From Octopus vulgaris (Eukaryota), in contig OX597815.1 in the NCBI GenBank assembly GCA_951406725.2, forward strand, positions 101,742,001 to 101,806,000: 64,000 bases of DNA. Direction: 5' to 3'. Both the position numbers and the translations under genes were made by a program. The notes under the pieces were generated by a model. The model had not been told where the DNA came from. It saw nothing but the letters and a program-made list of their open reading frames with translations, and did not search any database. Below, one piece after another: positions 26,300 to 38,340 of the stretch. The first letter of the stretch is position 1, and each line of letters opens with the position of its first letter.

Positions 26300-26411
26300 A
26301 TATATATGTACATATAAGTATATTTATGTACACACACACACACATATATGTATATACGACGGGCATCTTTCAGTTTTCGTCTACCAAACCCGCTCACAAG
26401 GCTTCGGTCAG

Positions 26412-26475
26412 CTCTGTTTTTGAAGACTCATATTGTCGTTGGATGCTCCAAATGAGGAGTAGATATACAGCCGAC

Positions 26476-26480
<5 letters not shown>
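26412..26480 (+). ncRNA. Truncated, mutated copy of reverse-permuted hammerhead variant B
   Basis: CTCAT-A-TTGTCG-TTGGA-TGCTC-CAA-ATGAG...ATACAG-C-CGACAA-CTA; perfect stems I and III, G12 mutated, cut off within CUGA. Confidence 0.6.
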
Positions 26481-26536
<56 letters not shown>

Positions 26537-26957
26537 TGTATATCATTTATTATTATTTAATTGAACGCGACGCATTCATTTCCAAGTAAGTTTATCTTCA
26601 CCTTTTTGATGCAACTCTACTCTATACTGTTTTCTTCCTCCATCCTTTTCTAATTCCATCTTTAGCCCTTCTCTCTCACTGTTCTCTGTCTCCCCCCCCT
26701 ATTTCTCCCTTTCTCTCTCGTTGCTCACATCTGACCATCGTCCGTCTTTCTTTTCCTCACATAACCATCTTTCTTTTCCTGCACGGACGATCAAAAGACT
26801 TGACATTTTTTCTCTCTCTTCTGTCTTTTCTCTTTTCAAAGAAAATATTTCTCCTAGTGTTCACTATTTTCCTCTCGTTCTGGTCTAAAGTCCATCTAAG
26901 TTTGTTTTCATTCAGTTTCCTTGTATGTCTCAATTGTCCTCTTTTTGTTCCCAACTT

Positions 26958-27083
26958 TGACCCTTCATTAAATCCTAAATTGTATTTTAGAATTTATAGG
27001 AGCAACTGTCTTTGAAGACTCATATTGTTGTTGAATGCTCGAAATGATGAGTAGATAGACAGCCGACAACTGATGAAGGGTCA
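26958..27083 (+). ncRNA. Reverse-permuted hammerhead-like RNA, variant B (intact core)
   Basis: GAGCA(27000)-A-CTGTCT..TCAT-A-TTGTTG-TTGAA-TGCTC-GAA-ATGA..AGACAG-C-CGACAA-CTGATGA(27070-27076); enclosing helix TGACCCTTCATTA/TGATGAAGGGTCA. Confidence 0.7.
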
Positions 27084-27205
27084 TGTCTCTGTGTTTACTT
27101 GTCCTGTTTTCCTCTCTTTTTCTCACGTTGTTTACGTATTTAACTCGTTTGTTTACCTACCCCATGTTGTTTGCACAGTTGGTGACGTCCTATATCCATT
27201 TATGC

Positions 27206-27264
<59 letters not shown>

Positions 27265-27368
27265 ATACAAAATGGGACAAGAACGCAAAACATCCAGACA
27301 GTTAGGTGATACAAAAAAAAGGACAACAAAACATCCAGATACACGATACAAAGAAAACAAGGACGGGT

Positions 27369-27480
27369 CATTCGGAGCTTTCTTCCCTCAGTCGAGTTCC
27401 ATACTATCTTTGCAATTTTGGTAGGTTATACTCGAGATTGCTCCAATCTGGCCAACCCCAAGGAAAAACTAAGCTAAGAG
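27369..27480 (-). ncRNA. Reverse-permuted hammerhead-like RNA, variant D (decayed core)
   Basis: Minus strand GGTTG-G-CCAGATT-GGA-GCAAT-C-TCGAGT-ATAAC-CTACC-AAA-ATTGC..AGTATGG-A-ACTCGA-CTGAGGGA; homologous to variant A with compensatory changes in stem I. Confidence 0.6.
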
Positions 27481-28150
27481 CATTAGATTCCTTAAACACA
27501 CTACGCATTACATATTTCTCCTTACTGGAGCAAATTTGGCTTGCAGCTGTTTCCAGTTGTCACTGTAGGTACATCACTGATAGGTTTACTCAAATGGTCT
27601 TTTGATCAGTCGAGAAAAATTGAACGACTTAAAAAGATTAATGCTACTTTCGTCAGAGACATTTCATCGTCCAGCGATGGCGGGAGGAGGAGACAAACAG
27701 ACACACACATAAGTACATACATATATATATATAAAGTGTGTGTGTGTGTATGTATATATATATGCGTGTGTACACACACACACACACATAAACGCAAACG
27801 CGCACACACACACACACGCGCACACACGCACATACACACACACACACACACACGCACACATATATATATGTACAGTTGAAACCAATGATCACAACTGTCA
27901 CCACCCATGAACCTGAAGCAGGACACATCGGCGTGGCTGAGTGGAAAGAGGCTTGCTTCCAAACCACGTAGTTCCAGGTTCAGTCCCACGGGCTAACCAA
28001 AGCGTTGTGTGTGGATTTGGACGGAAAATTAAAGACGCCTATATATGTATATAACGGGAAGCTTTATGAAAATAAACAAAAGGCGAAGGCAGGTGGAATA
28101 TAAACAAACAATTGTATTAGTATGGCGCTCAGGAATATAAATAAAACAAG

Positions 28151-28188
28151 TCTTTTACGTTTCGAGCCTACGCTCTTCAACAGAAAGA
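28151..28188 (-). ncRNA. Minimal type I hammerhead motif, variant core CUGUUGA
   Basis: TCTTT-CTGTTGA-A-GAGC-GTAG-GCTC-GAAA-CG-TA-AAAGA; palindromic ACGT in place of stem III. Confidence 0.7.
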
Positions 28189-28597
28189 TACACAGAAAAG
28201 AAACACAGAAAGAAACAAGGAGAGAAAAAAAATGCGTGCAGAAGCTAGCGAATCAACATGGCACGTATAGATCGGTGTGTGTGTCTTTGCCCCCACCCCG
28301 TGTTTGTCCACCTTCCCCGACATCGTTTGACAACTGATGCTAGTATATCTATGTCCTCTTAATTTAGCGGTTCGGCAAAATATACTGATAGCAGAAGTAT
28401 TAGGCTTTAAAAAGTCCTGGGATCGATTTGTTTGACTAAAACCCATCAAGGCAGTGATCCAGCTTGGCCGCATTCAAATGTCTGAAACAAGTAAAAGAAT
28501 AAAAGAATATATATATATATATATGCACTCACACACAGACACAATCATATTCTCGAAGTCACCCTCTTTTTCTTTCGCTTTCTCTCACTCTTTCTAT

Positions 28598-28679
<82 letters not shown>

Positions 28680-29004
28680 GTATGTATGTATGTATACACA
28701 CACTCACACACACACACACACACAAATAGATACATACAATACAACTACAATGAATGCGGAGATGAGTACATCTGCACTATTTCTAGTCAATTATACAACG
28801 TACTTGGTTTGTCCTCTATTCTTTGTATGTATATACAATATAGATATAATAATAATAATAAAAATAAGCAGAATAAGAATAAGAATAAGAATAATGATAA
28901 TATATGTATGTGTGTATATATATATATATATACATACATTACCATCTACATACATATATGCACACACACATATATATGTATATATACATATATACATATA
29001 TATA

Positions 29005-29400
29005 CTCTTTTACTCTTTTACTTGTTTCAGTCATTTGACTGCGGCCATGCTGGAGCACCGCCTTTAGTCGAGCAACTCGACCCCGGGACATATTCTTTGT
29101 AAGCCCAGTACTTATTCTATCGGTCTCTTTTGCCGAACCGCTAAGTAACGGGGACATAAACACACCAGCATCGGTTGTCAAGCAATGCTAGCCGCACAAC
29201 ACAGACACACAAACATACACACACATATATATATATATACATATATACGACGGGCTTCTTTCAGTTTCCGTCTACCAAATCCACTCACAAGGCTTTGGTC
29301 GGCTCGAGGCTATAGTAGAAGACACTTGCCCAAGGTGCCACGCAGTGGGACTGAACCCTGAACCATGTGGTTGGTAAACAAGCTACTTACCACACAGCCA
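29005..29400 (-). mobile_element. Full-length CORE-like tRNA SINE
   Basis: Reverse complement of the 11096-11510 family, including the internal microsatellite and GTAAAAGAGTAAAAGAG tail. Confidence 0.9.
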
Positions 29401-29497
29401 CTACATATATATACATATATATATGTATATATATATGTATATATATGTGTATATATATACATATACATATACATATACATATATATATATGCACATA

Positions 29498-29526
<29 letters not shown>

Positions 29527-29530
<4 letters not shown>

Positions 29531-29586
29531 CCGAAGAGATGGTGTTGTGGATTTCCACTTCGGCATCTGAAACTCAGAGTTTTATC
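29527..29586 (+). ncRNA. Type I hammerhead motif (same family as 62021-62094)
   Basis: ATAA-CCGAAGA-GATG..GTGG-ATTT-CCAC..CATC-T-GAAA-CTCAGAG-TT-TTAT. Confidence 0.65.
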
Positions 29587-29635
29587 TTGACTACCGAGTA
29601 ATGTAACATATTGTATAGATAAATTTCCTCTATTT

Positions 29636-29692
<57 letters not shown>

Positions 29693-29746
29693 TATACATA
29701 CACACACACATATATATATATATACATACATACATATAATATACAT

Positions 29747-29777
<31 letters not shown>

Positions 29778-30669
29778 CATATATGCATGCATATGAGTTT
29801 GTATTCGGTTCAACACACACACGTATGTATACATGAATGTTTATGTGTATGTTTGTTTGTGTGTGTATGCCAGAGTGAGTGAGCATGAACATGCTTATGC
29901 GAAGCAAGAGGTAACGCTCATACCCCTATCACGATGACTTCTAGCATCGTCCATCCACGCTGTCTATCACCACCATTCCCATCAATACTAAACCTACCCT
30001 CCACTCGTCTCCCTACTCCCCCTTCACCCCCCCCCCCAAATAACCGGAAACTGATGCAAGCCGTGACATTGATGACGATACTTAAGATGAGGGACTCTCT
30101 ATTGATGGCACGCGACCCAAGGGAGCGCCTAGGTAGGTAAATCGTCTAGAATTCGAGTTTATTTGTGCATGAATGCTCCGTTGATGACCCGTGGCCGGAA
30201 TCAAATCCCCGTCTCCCGCCTCCAAGCGCACAAAGTCGCGTAGACAAAGCCAAAACTGCTAATTTATTTCTCGGAAAAAGAAAGAAAAAAAAAAAGAAAC
30301 GCAAGGGTTTTCATTAAAATTATGCGCATACACATACATATAAATTGTTGATTTAATACACGCTCACACAGACACACAGAGTATGTTCACTAAATATATC
30401 TACACGCACATATAAGTTATATTCATTTGATACACATGTACAAACACAATGCTCATTTAATACATAATAAACATGTTAATTTAATACACACACACACATA
30501 AAAATGTTTAGTTAAAACATACAGCCATATAATATACATTCATTTACTACATATATAGTGCATTCATATAATGAAAATACGGATATTAATTATAGTCACT
30601 TAATATATATATATATATATACACTTGAGAAGTTCTCTAATTTAACGCACATACACACACACACACCTA

Positions 30670-30705
<36 letters not shown>

Positions 30706-30710
<5 letters not shown>

Positions 30711-31215
30711 TACGATGACATCCCTCACGCCGGACTTCTCTCTGATGACTTCGCTACTGATGTGCTCTCTCAACGAGATTCCAAGCATTGACCTCTCCAT
30801 GGCTCCTTGAGCCGTTACCAATCTCTGTTCTTTTCTCTTTGTTGTAGCCCATATATTCACTACCATATAACATTGCAGGTAGAACTGTGCTATTGATGAA
30901 GTTGGTGCGGGTGGTCCTGGCCAACCTTCTCCTGAGCACATCCCTTGGATATCGTCGTAGAATATACACGCAGCAAGTTTAGATAGGCTGGACACGTCGC
31001 CCGGCTCACCGATAATCGGTGGACCCGCGCAGTTGTCGAGTGATACCCTCGCAAGCGGAAACGACTACTCGGAAGGCCTCCACAGTGGAGTTACGATTTC
31101 AGGAGGGCGATTTGGGATCACGCGGATAAGAAAGGCGCGATTCAGGGAGGAGTGGACAGCGTGGTGTGACCAGCGGTGTCAAATGGACGCCCGACGGACT
31201 AGTCAGTAAAGGTGA
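30706..31215. mobile_element. RTE-clade LINE 3' fragment with 5' inversion
   Basis: Minus 30945-30706: NSTVLPAMLYGSE-WATTK...AMERSMLGISLREHISSEVIREKSGVRDVIVGY; plus 30948 onward: DIVVEYTRSKFR*AGHVARLTDNRWTRAVVE*YPRKRKRLLGRPP. Confidence 0.85.
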
Positions 31216-31285
31216 CATATATATATGTGTGTGTGTGCATATATATATGTGTGCGTGTATATATATATATATATATATATATGTG

Positions 31286-31326
<41 letters not shown>

Positions 31327-32122
31327 ACACGCATGCAAACAGTATTTTCATTTAATACATGCACGCATACATATAACAGTATATTTGTTTGTTTACTTTG
31401 ATAACTTTGATAGATTTCAGTCAGTATAGGCCATGTCTAACTTAATAGCACCACGTGATTTGCGTAGAGATCACAAATATCGCTCGAGTTACGGAGGTGT
31501 TGCATTTTTGTAAACTTTGCAGGAACCTGTAATTCCGTAACGCGAGATCTATATTCTTATTGGCTGTCATGCTATTCATTCAGATAGTTTTCGAAAGAAT
31601 GATCTTTCGAAAAACAAAAATAAAAATCACTATTATTAAACACATCACTGTACAGCAATGTGCATACAACACTCGAGGAGAAATATAATAGGAAATAAAT
31701 GAAAATACAGTAGTATTGTAGTAAGTTGCATACAAAATTTGTTAACATTACGTCAGCAAAAAATAGCGGTTTTATTACTTTAGACACATGAGTTGAAATG
31801 AGAAAATGAAAGGAGTGAATTTGAAACATTGCGACTTAAGGAGAAGTACGACTAAACTGAGTAATCAAAACCTAGGTCAGTTGAATTTGAACACGCTACA
31901 ACATGAAGGTATGGAGTTGGTAAGAATGTTGAAAGGAATCAAAAACAAGAATGTGGGTGAAGGGTGCAAAAAGGAATGGACAAGAATGTAGAGTGAAATG
32001 TAGAATAAAGAAAAGCAATATATTAACAGAACTGCATTGGTAGGCTTCAGCAAGAAAATGCACTGACGATTCAAAGAGAAAATATATCATTTCTAAAAGA
32101 AAAGTATTCACAGAGAGAGAGA

Positions 32123-32154
<32 letters not shown>

Positions 32155-32155
<1 letters not shown>

Positions 32156-32864
32156 GGGGGGTCGGGTTAAATTTGACGAATTTTATGTCTTCGTTTTTTG
32201 GAAAAGATTCGTTCCGGGTATCAAAATGTAGACATCATGATTGCTGGTCAATGCTCTACGAACGCTGTAAAGAAAAAAAAAAAAAAACGTGACATGGATT
32301 CATTGACTACTGCAGCGGAGTCAACTAAGTCTCAACCTACAGGAAGGGACACATCAGGCGTTCTGATTGCATCAGCTCACCAGAATTCATTCCCACATCT
32401 TTGAACAGGGTTTAAGGTTCGATTCAGAAGCCTATGTGAAGCTGCTGGAGACTGCCCAAACCCGGTCTGGAGAGGGTTGCTGCTGGAAGGATTCGGCTCC
32501 TCGGAGAATTTATACGACTTCAGCAGCCCCAATTCCAGGACTCATAATTACCCCAACTGTAATCCCGTGAATTACTGTGTGGGGCGTAGTGGAAGAAGAA
32601 GTAGTTGAGGAAGGCCGAGCTGGTGGCCAAAATCAAGGAGATGTTCGAAGATCTTCCCAGTGTGCAGTAAGGAGAGCATGCGCCATGTTTGGGATCCATC
32701 TTGAGGCCGTGGGGAAAGCTAAGGACAGCTACTTTCAGTAAACTATTATCTCTCAGCCATAGTCTGGTTGATATTTTTGGATTTTTAAAAATACATTTAT
32801 TTTTTTAAAGGATATTTCGTCTTTTCCTTTAATGCAGATTGTCAGAATTAACCCGATTACCCCG
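32155..32864 (+). mobile_element. Tc1/mariner-superfamily (maT/Tc1-like) relic with TIRs
   Basis: GGGGTCGGGTTAAATTTGAC ... GTCAGAATTAACCCGATTACCCCG|TA; peptide remnants HIFEQGLRFDSEAYVKLLET, WKDSAP, NCNPVNYC, KAELVAKIKEMFEDLP, RACAMF-IHLEAV. Confidence 0.75.
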
Positions 32865-33261
32865 TAGACATCATAATATTAATTTTAAAAATTTTCTAAA
32901 ATTTGTAAAAGGTAGCAAAACAGCATATTCCTAAATTAGTGATTACGCTTTGTCATTTCTGTTAAGTGACAGCATAGGTCAGTGGGTGGGGGTCTGTATT
33001 ATCGTTTAGACCATATATATATATGTTTATTTAATACGGATACAGATATACATAGAGTATGTTTACTCAATTTGAAAAAAAAAAAAAAAAGAAACAGATG
33101 AAAAACGTAAACGGTTTACTACCAACAGCTGAAATATCTTGACTAACGCTTTCTCTCCCACTTTCACTCCTGTTCTTTAGATCTTTCTAGCTTTAGCGCT
33201 CCACATCTCTATTCCTCTCTCGTATTTTTCTGTCTTTTGTGTGTTTCTGTCAGTTTTTCAC

Positions 33262-33311
<50 letters not shown>

Positions 33312-33393
33312 GTACTCACAATATATATATATATATGTGTGTACTCTTTATATAAGACGTTTTCTTTATTTTTTATTTCTTTATTATTGTTGT

Positions 33394-33483
<90 letters not shown>

Positions 33484-33576
33484 AAATACTACTACCACTA
33501 CTACTACTACTACCACTACTTAATCATCGACATCATTATTATTGTAATTGTTATTAACAACAACGGCAATAACAAC

Positions 33577-33636
<60 letters not shown>

Positions 33637-33643
33637 CGTATGT

Positions 33644-33740
33644 GGGCGGGCGGGCGGGGCGGAGTGAAATTGAGGTGTCTCTAGTTCGTTCATACCCGTA
33701 TCTATAAAATGAAGTGGTTGTCTTGTAGGTAGCACGTGCC
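33644..33740 (+). promoter_or_regulatory. Possible Pol II promoter motif set (GC boxes, TATA, E-box)
   Basis: Overlapping GGGCGG boxes 33644-33662, TATAAAA 33703-33709, CACGTG ~33733; no downstream gene visible. Confidence 0.25.
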
Positions 33741-34419
33741 TCGCGCTACTTCTCTCTCTGCCACTACCACAGTGGCTAGGACGGCAATAGCAACAACAAC
33801 AGCAGTGATCAACGTCACTAAATACAGTACCATCACTCACTACTGACAACAATAAATAACAAAAGCGGCAATAAGGGCATTACCAGAAAAAAAAACAGGC
33901 AGTTATGAATTGAATCACCGGAATAATAGTTACTTTTACCTGTTGTTTAGTAGAGTTTACACTTCGGAGGAGCATCTTAACGCAATAAAGTCCACGCACA
34001 CACACACACACACAGATAACCACTAATCATCTTCAGAAACGTCATGAGCCAACAAGCGACCCTACGTGGTCACTCGACGTGCTAAAAATAACACCCAAAT
34101 CTCTCTCAAGCTACACACTTATTGTTTGGGGAAATGGTCTCTATTTGTATATTGACATACACCATTTGTATATATAGTCATAGACTGCCGGTTCGGTTCG
34201 TCCCCTGATCGATTCAGGTACGTGATGTTGTTAAGCCACGAAAATGGCGAAATATCGGTATCCATCACTCTGGAGCAATGAGAGAGGGTCTTCCTCAAAA
34301 CGCTATACCGAAGCGAACCTGCGAATAAGTTAACGCATACATTAAGTATGTGTGGTCGATAGTATATGTGCTGATAGTGTGTGTGTGTGTATGTGTGTGT
34401 GTGTGTGTGTGTATAATAG

Positions 34420-34822
34420 GCGTTGGAGTGGCTGTGTGGTAAGTAGCTTGCTTACGAACCATATGGTTCCGGGTTCAGTCCCACAGCGTGGCATCTTGGG
34501 CAAGTGTCTTCTACTATAGCCTCGGGCCAACCAAAGCCTTGTGAGTGGATTTGGTATACGGAAACTGAAAGAAGCCCGTTGTATATATATATTTATATGT
34601 ATGTTTGTGTGCTTATGTTTGTGTGTCTGTGTTTGTCCTCCCCCAACATCGCTTGACAACCGATGCTAGTGTGTTTACGTGCCAGTAACTTAACGATTCG
34701 GCAAAAAAGAACCGATAGAATAAGTACTAGGCTTACAAAGAATAAGTCCTGGGGTCGATTTGCTTGACTAAAGGTGGTGCTTCAGCATGGCCACAGTCAA
34801 ATGACAGAAACAAGTAAAAGAG
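34420..34822 (+). mobile_element. Full-length CORE-like tRNA SINE
   Basis: Same head, core, internal microsatellite and tail as 11096-11510. Confidence 0.9.
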
Positions 34823-34870
<48 letters not shown>

Positions 34871-34920
34871 TGTGTCTGTATATATATGTTTGTGTGTGTA
34901 TACATATATAATATATATAT

Positions 34921-34963
<43 letters not shown>

Positions 34964-35286
34964 TAAAATCACATTTATAGTTTCTTTCTTGTCTGAATTC
35001 AATGAAAGATATGTCGCAACGGCTAATGTCTACTTTATATCACAAAAGTATATCAATAATAAATTTCGTTTTAGTAGCTTAACGAAGTGACGAGATGACA
35101 TCACACACAACTCCATTGTCATATCCTGTGCGTTAATATTTTAAATGTTGAAATAAATTTACTTAACACATAGTCCGTTTGAAAAATAGATAAAAGGTTA
35201 ATTTCTGTCTGTCTTTCTATGTATGAGTGTATGAGTGTGTGTGTGTGTACGAATAAACTTGCATACATACAAACGTGTGTGTGTGT

Positions 35287-35583
35287 GAGGGTGCATGCCT
35301 TAGTGGTTAGGGTGTTTCACTCACGATATGGCGATCGTGATTTCAATTCCTAGACTGGAGGGTGCATTGCGTTCTTGAGCAAAACACTTCATCTCTCGTG
35401 GTTCTGCGATCACTTCGGCACCTGACGCGTCGCACAATAAACCTGTTCAGAGAACGTCGATGTGATGGAGAGAGTGAGCTAAGGTTCGGCACGAACATTT
35501 GATCACTATAAGCAAAACATTTGTGCAGGTCGTTCGACAAAAGCTAAACGCCCATGCATCATCTTCGACGGGAGAGTCCACCA
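35287..35583 (+). mobile_element. tRNA-derived SINE (divergent family)
   Basis: GCCTTAGTGGTTAGGGTG (A box), GATTTCAATTCC (B box), TCTTGAGCAAAACACTT core-like motif. Confidence 0.65.
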
Positions 35584-35655
35584 CCACACACACACACACA
35601 CACACACATGTAACAAATGATAGACGGAAAATGGAATGCGAGAAACTTTATTACT

Positions 35656-35760
35656 CACTATGATCGTTTCGACGCACCTTGCATCGATTCCTCGCGGGTG
35701 TGATACTTTACAACTAGTTGTGGTGCATCACTCGCTGCAGACGCATCTCCTCAGCTGGTG
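35656..35760 (-). ncRNA. Type I hammerhead motif with long stem II
   Basis: CACCAG-CTGAGGA-GATGCGTCT-GCA...TGCA-AGGTGCGTC-GAAA-CGA-TC-ATAGTG; stem I imperfect. Confidence 0.55.
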
Positions 35761-36089
35761 TTGAGAGAGGTCTCTTGTTAAATATGCTCTGTTTCGCTCG
35801 GTTTTAATACAGCATGCCGTTAGTGACATTATGTTTATGCCGTTAGGGTCGTTATCTACTGGGAACTCGCCTATCGTAGACGACAAATTTGGATTCTGTA
35901 TCTTCTTGATGATACATAGATGATTTTTTTCAAGCGAGCTTATGTTTGTGATGTACATTACTTCACTCTCTCTATTAAATCGACATTGCTTGTACGCTAA
36001 CCACTTGATCAAGTACCTTCACACACACATTAATGCATACATACAGATATAAATATCATTGTTGTTGCTGTTGCTATTATTATGATTAA

Positions 36090-36290
36090 GGCGTCGAGCT
36101 GGCAGAATCGTAATGCTTAGCAGTATTTCGTCTGTTTTTACGTTCTGAGTTCAAATTCCGTCATGGTCGACTTTGCCGTTCATCCTTTTAGGGTCACTAA
36201 ATTAAGTACCAGTGAAACACCGGGGTCAATATAATCGACTGGCCCCCTCCCACCAAATTTCAGGCCTTGTACCTTTAGAAGAAAGGATTA
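36090..36290 (+). mobile_element. Meta-domain-like SINE
   Basis: GGCGTCGAGCTGGCAGAATCG...GAGTTCAAATTCC...GCCGTTCATCCTTTTAGGGTC. Confidence 0.85.
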
Positions 36291-36310
36291 TTATTATTAT
36301 TATTATTATT

Positions 36311-37089
36311 TACTTTTAATCTGCATGTTTGTTACAGTCACTTACCGAGACATACCCAATGTCCTGGGGCAATGAAGGACAAGAGAAATTACAGTATGAC
36401 CGAAAGCTTGGGGAGGGGGAGGTAGCGAAATACCTTCATGTAATACAACACAAACTTTTAAATGGATAGGGTTTTTCTAAGGATGAGGGCAGTACTTGTC
36501 AGCACAATCTTTTGGATATCTCTGAGACATGGTTCTCTTGGGATCTTATCTAGATGTTTCTGATATCTCTTTTTTTATCATACCTAGGGCACTTCCAATA
36601 ACAGGAACATTACTCGTTTTAAGATGCCACAACTTTTATATTTCAATTTCCAGGTCCTTGTTTTTACTTAGTAATCAAATTCCTTAACAGATATATTTTT
36701 ATCAGTGGGAACACTTAACTCTATTAGTCTACAAGTATTTTCTTCCCAGTCTTTAATAATTATATCTAGTCGATTAGACTGGATCGTTGTTCTGTCAATG
36801 TTAACTGGAAAATACCAGAAGATAGTGAAATTTTTACCTTCAACGACTGGCTTAGGATAATGTTCATACCAGTAAGCCGGAGTGCTGATTTTGTAGTGTG
36901 TACACATTTTCCAGTGTAAATACTGTCCTACCCTATCGTGGCAATTTTTGTATTCATTTGGTGTCAGTACATGACATCCTGAGACGAGATGGTCTATTGT
37001 TTCATCAAATGTGTCAGAGAATCTGCATTTAGGGTCAGTACCGTTTTGAAGAACGTTAGCCTGGTAGTTTTTTGTGAACAGGCTTGGAG

Positions 37090-37091
<2 letters not shown>
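36311..37091 (-). mobile_element. R4/Dong-like non-LTR retrotransposon 3' fragment (zinc knuckle + restriction-like endonuclease)
   Basis: CRF...ETIDHLVSGC...HDRVGQYLHWKMC...WYEHYPKPVVE...NRLDIIIKD...LIELSVPTDKNISVKE...KDLEIEI...QKIVLTSTALILRK; (TAA)n on both flanks. Confidence 0.85.
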
Positions 37092-37160
<69 letters not shown>

Positions 37161-37169
37161 AAACGATTT

Positions 37170-38340
37170 GATTCAGACTCATGCGAAGTTTCGTAGGCTT
37201 CTTATGGATACCTAGTTGGTAGGGATCTGCTAACGATGCATGAAGTCCATGATGGCTACCGATAACTGGGCTACAATTGGTCAAGGTGGGTAACATGATA
37301 TTGTTAGAAGTGAGATCGACATTACAGTGACACAGGATGCATTGGAAAGGAGAATTTCTTTGGACCGCGTTGCTGGACAAGAAGCTGATTGCGCCTCGCT
37401 GACCAGCCGGTCTTTGAAGGGACTTCTGGGTGAAGGTGTGTGTGTGTATACCAGTTCTATGAGTGCGTGGATGTTGGTGACTGATGCCTATACGTATATA
37501 TCTTGTGTGCATATGTGTATGAGTGTGGGGGAATGGCATTGCACATCTGTGTGAGAGCCGATGGGATAAGCTCGTTGAAGCGTATGTGCGCGTTTGCTAG
37601 GGTGCATGTACGTATGGGTGTGCGTTAGCCATGTGTGAGTACTTGCGTGCGCAAACATTTGGGTGTATGTATCAGCTGTGTATGTTGCATCTGAATCACA
37701 ATCTGTATTTGCGTGAGTGTGTGCGCGCGTATGCGAATACGTGAGCGTTAGTGTTCTAATGAATACGTTTGTGTACGCGTACTTGTTTAGGGGGCATGTA
37801 TGATTGTATGCTGGTATGGATAATTGGTGAATGTGGGTATATAATTCCCGTATATACATTCTATATGTGTTCGTATGAATGTGTGCGTGTGTCTAGAACG
37901 ACATGTATGTGTGCAATGTTAAGGTTGATATATCTGGATTGTCCGCGGCAACCAGCCCTCACCCACTCGCCAGCTTACACACATGCGCACCCCACACATG
38001 CATAGCAGATACACATGTATAGACATCAGACACATACATCTACGCACTGATACATCTGGTATATAGATTGCACAAACAAGCTCTCCCGATTAGACAACAA
38101 GACACTATCAGCTTCTTGTTCAGCTTCGCGGTCCAAGAAATTCTTTTTAATGCATCTGGTGTCGCTGTAATGTTGATCTCACTTCTAAAAACACTATGTA
38201 ACTCGCCTTCACCAATGATAACCCAGTCTCCCGAAGTCATCTTTGACTTGTTGCATTGTTCCCATTCAGTTAACTGAGCCTCACGAGCTAGGCTTCTGTA
38301 AGAAGCCTACGAAACTGTAAGTCGCATGATACCAAATCAA
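37170..38340. repeat. Diverged inverted pair (37170-37430 and 38060-38340) with a degenerate hammerhead at ~38280-38325
   Basis: TTAGAAGTGAGATC-ACATTACAG-GACAC...GGACCGCG...AAGAAGCTGAT occurs in opposite orientations; CTCACGA-GCTAGGCTTCT-GTA-AGAAGCCTAC-GAAA-CTG-TA. Confidence 0.65.
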
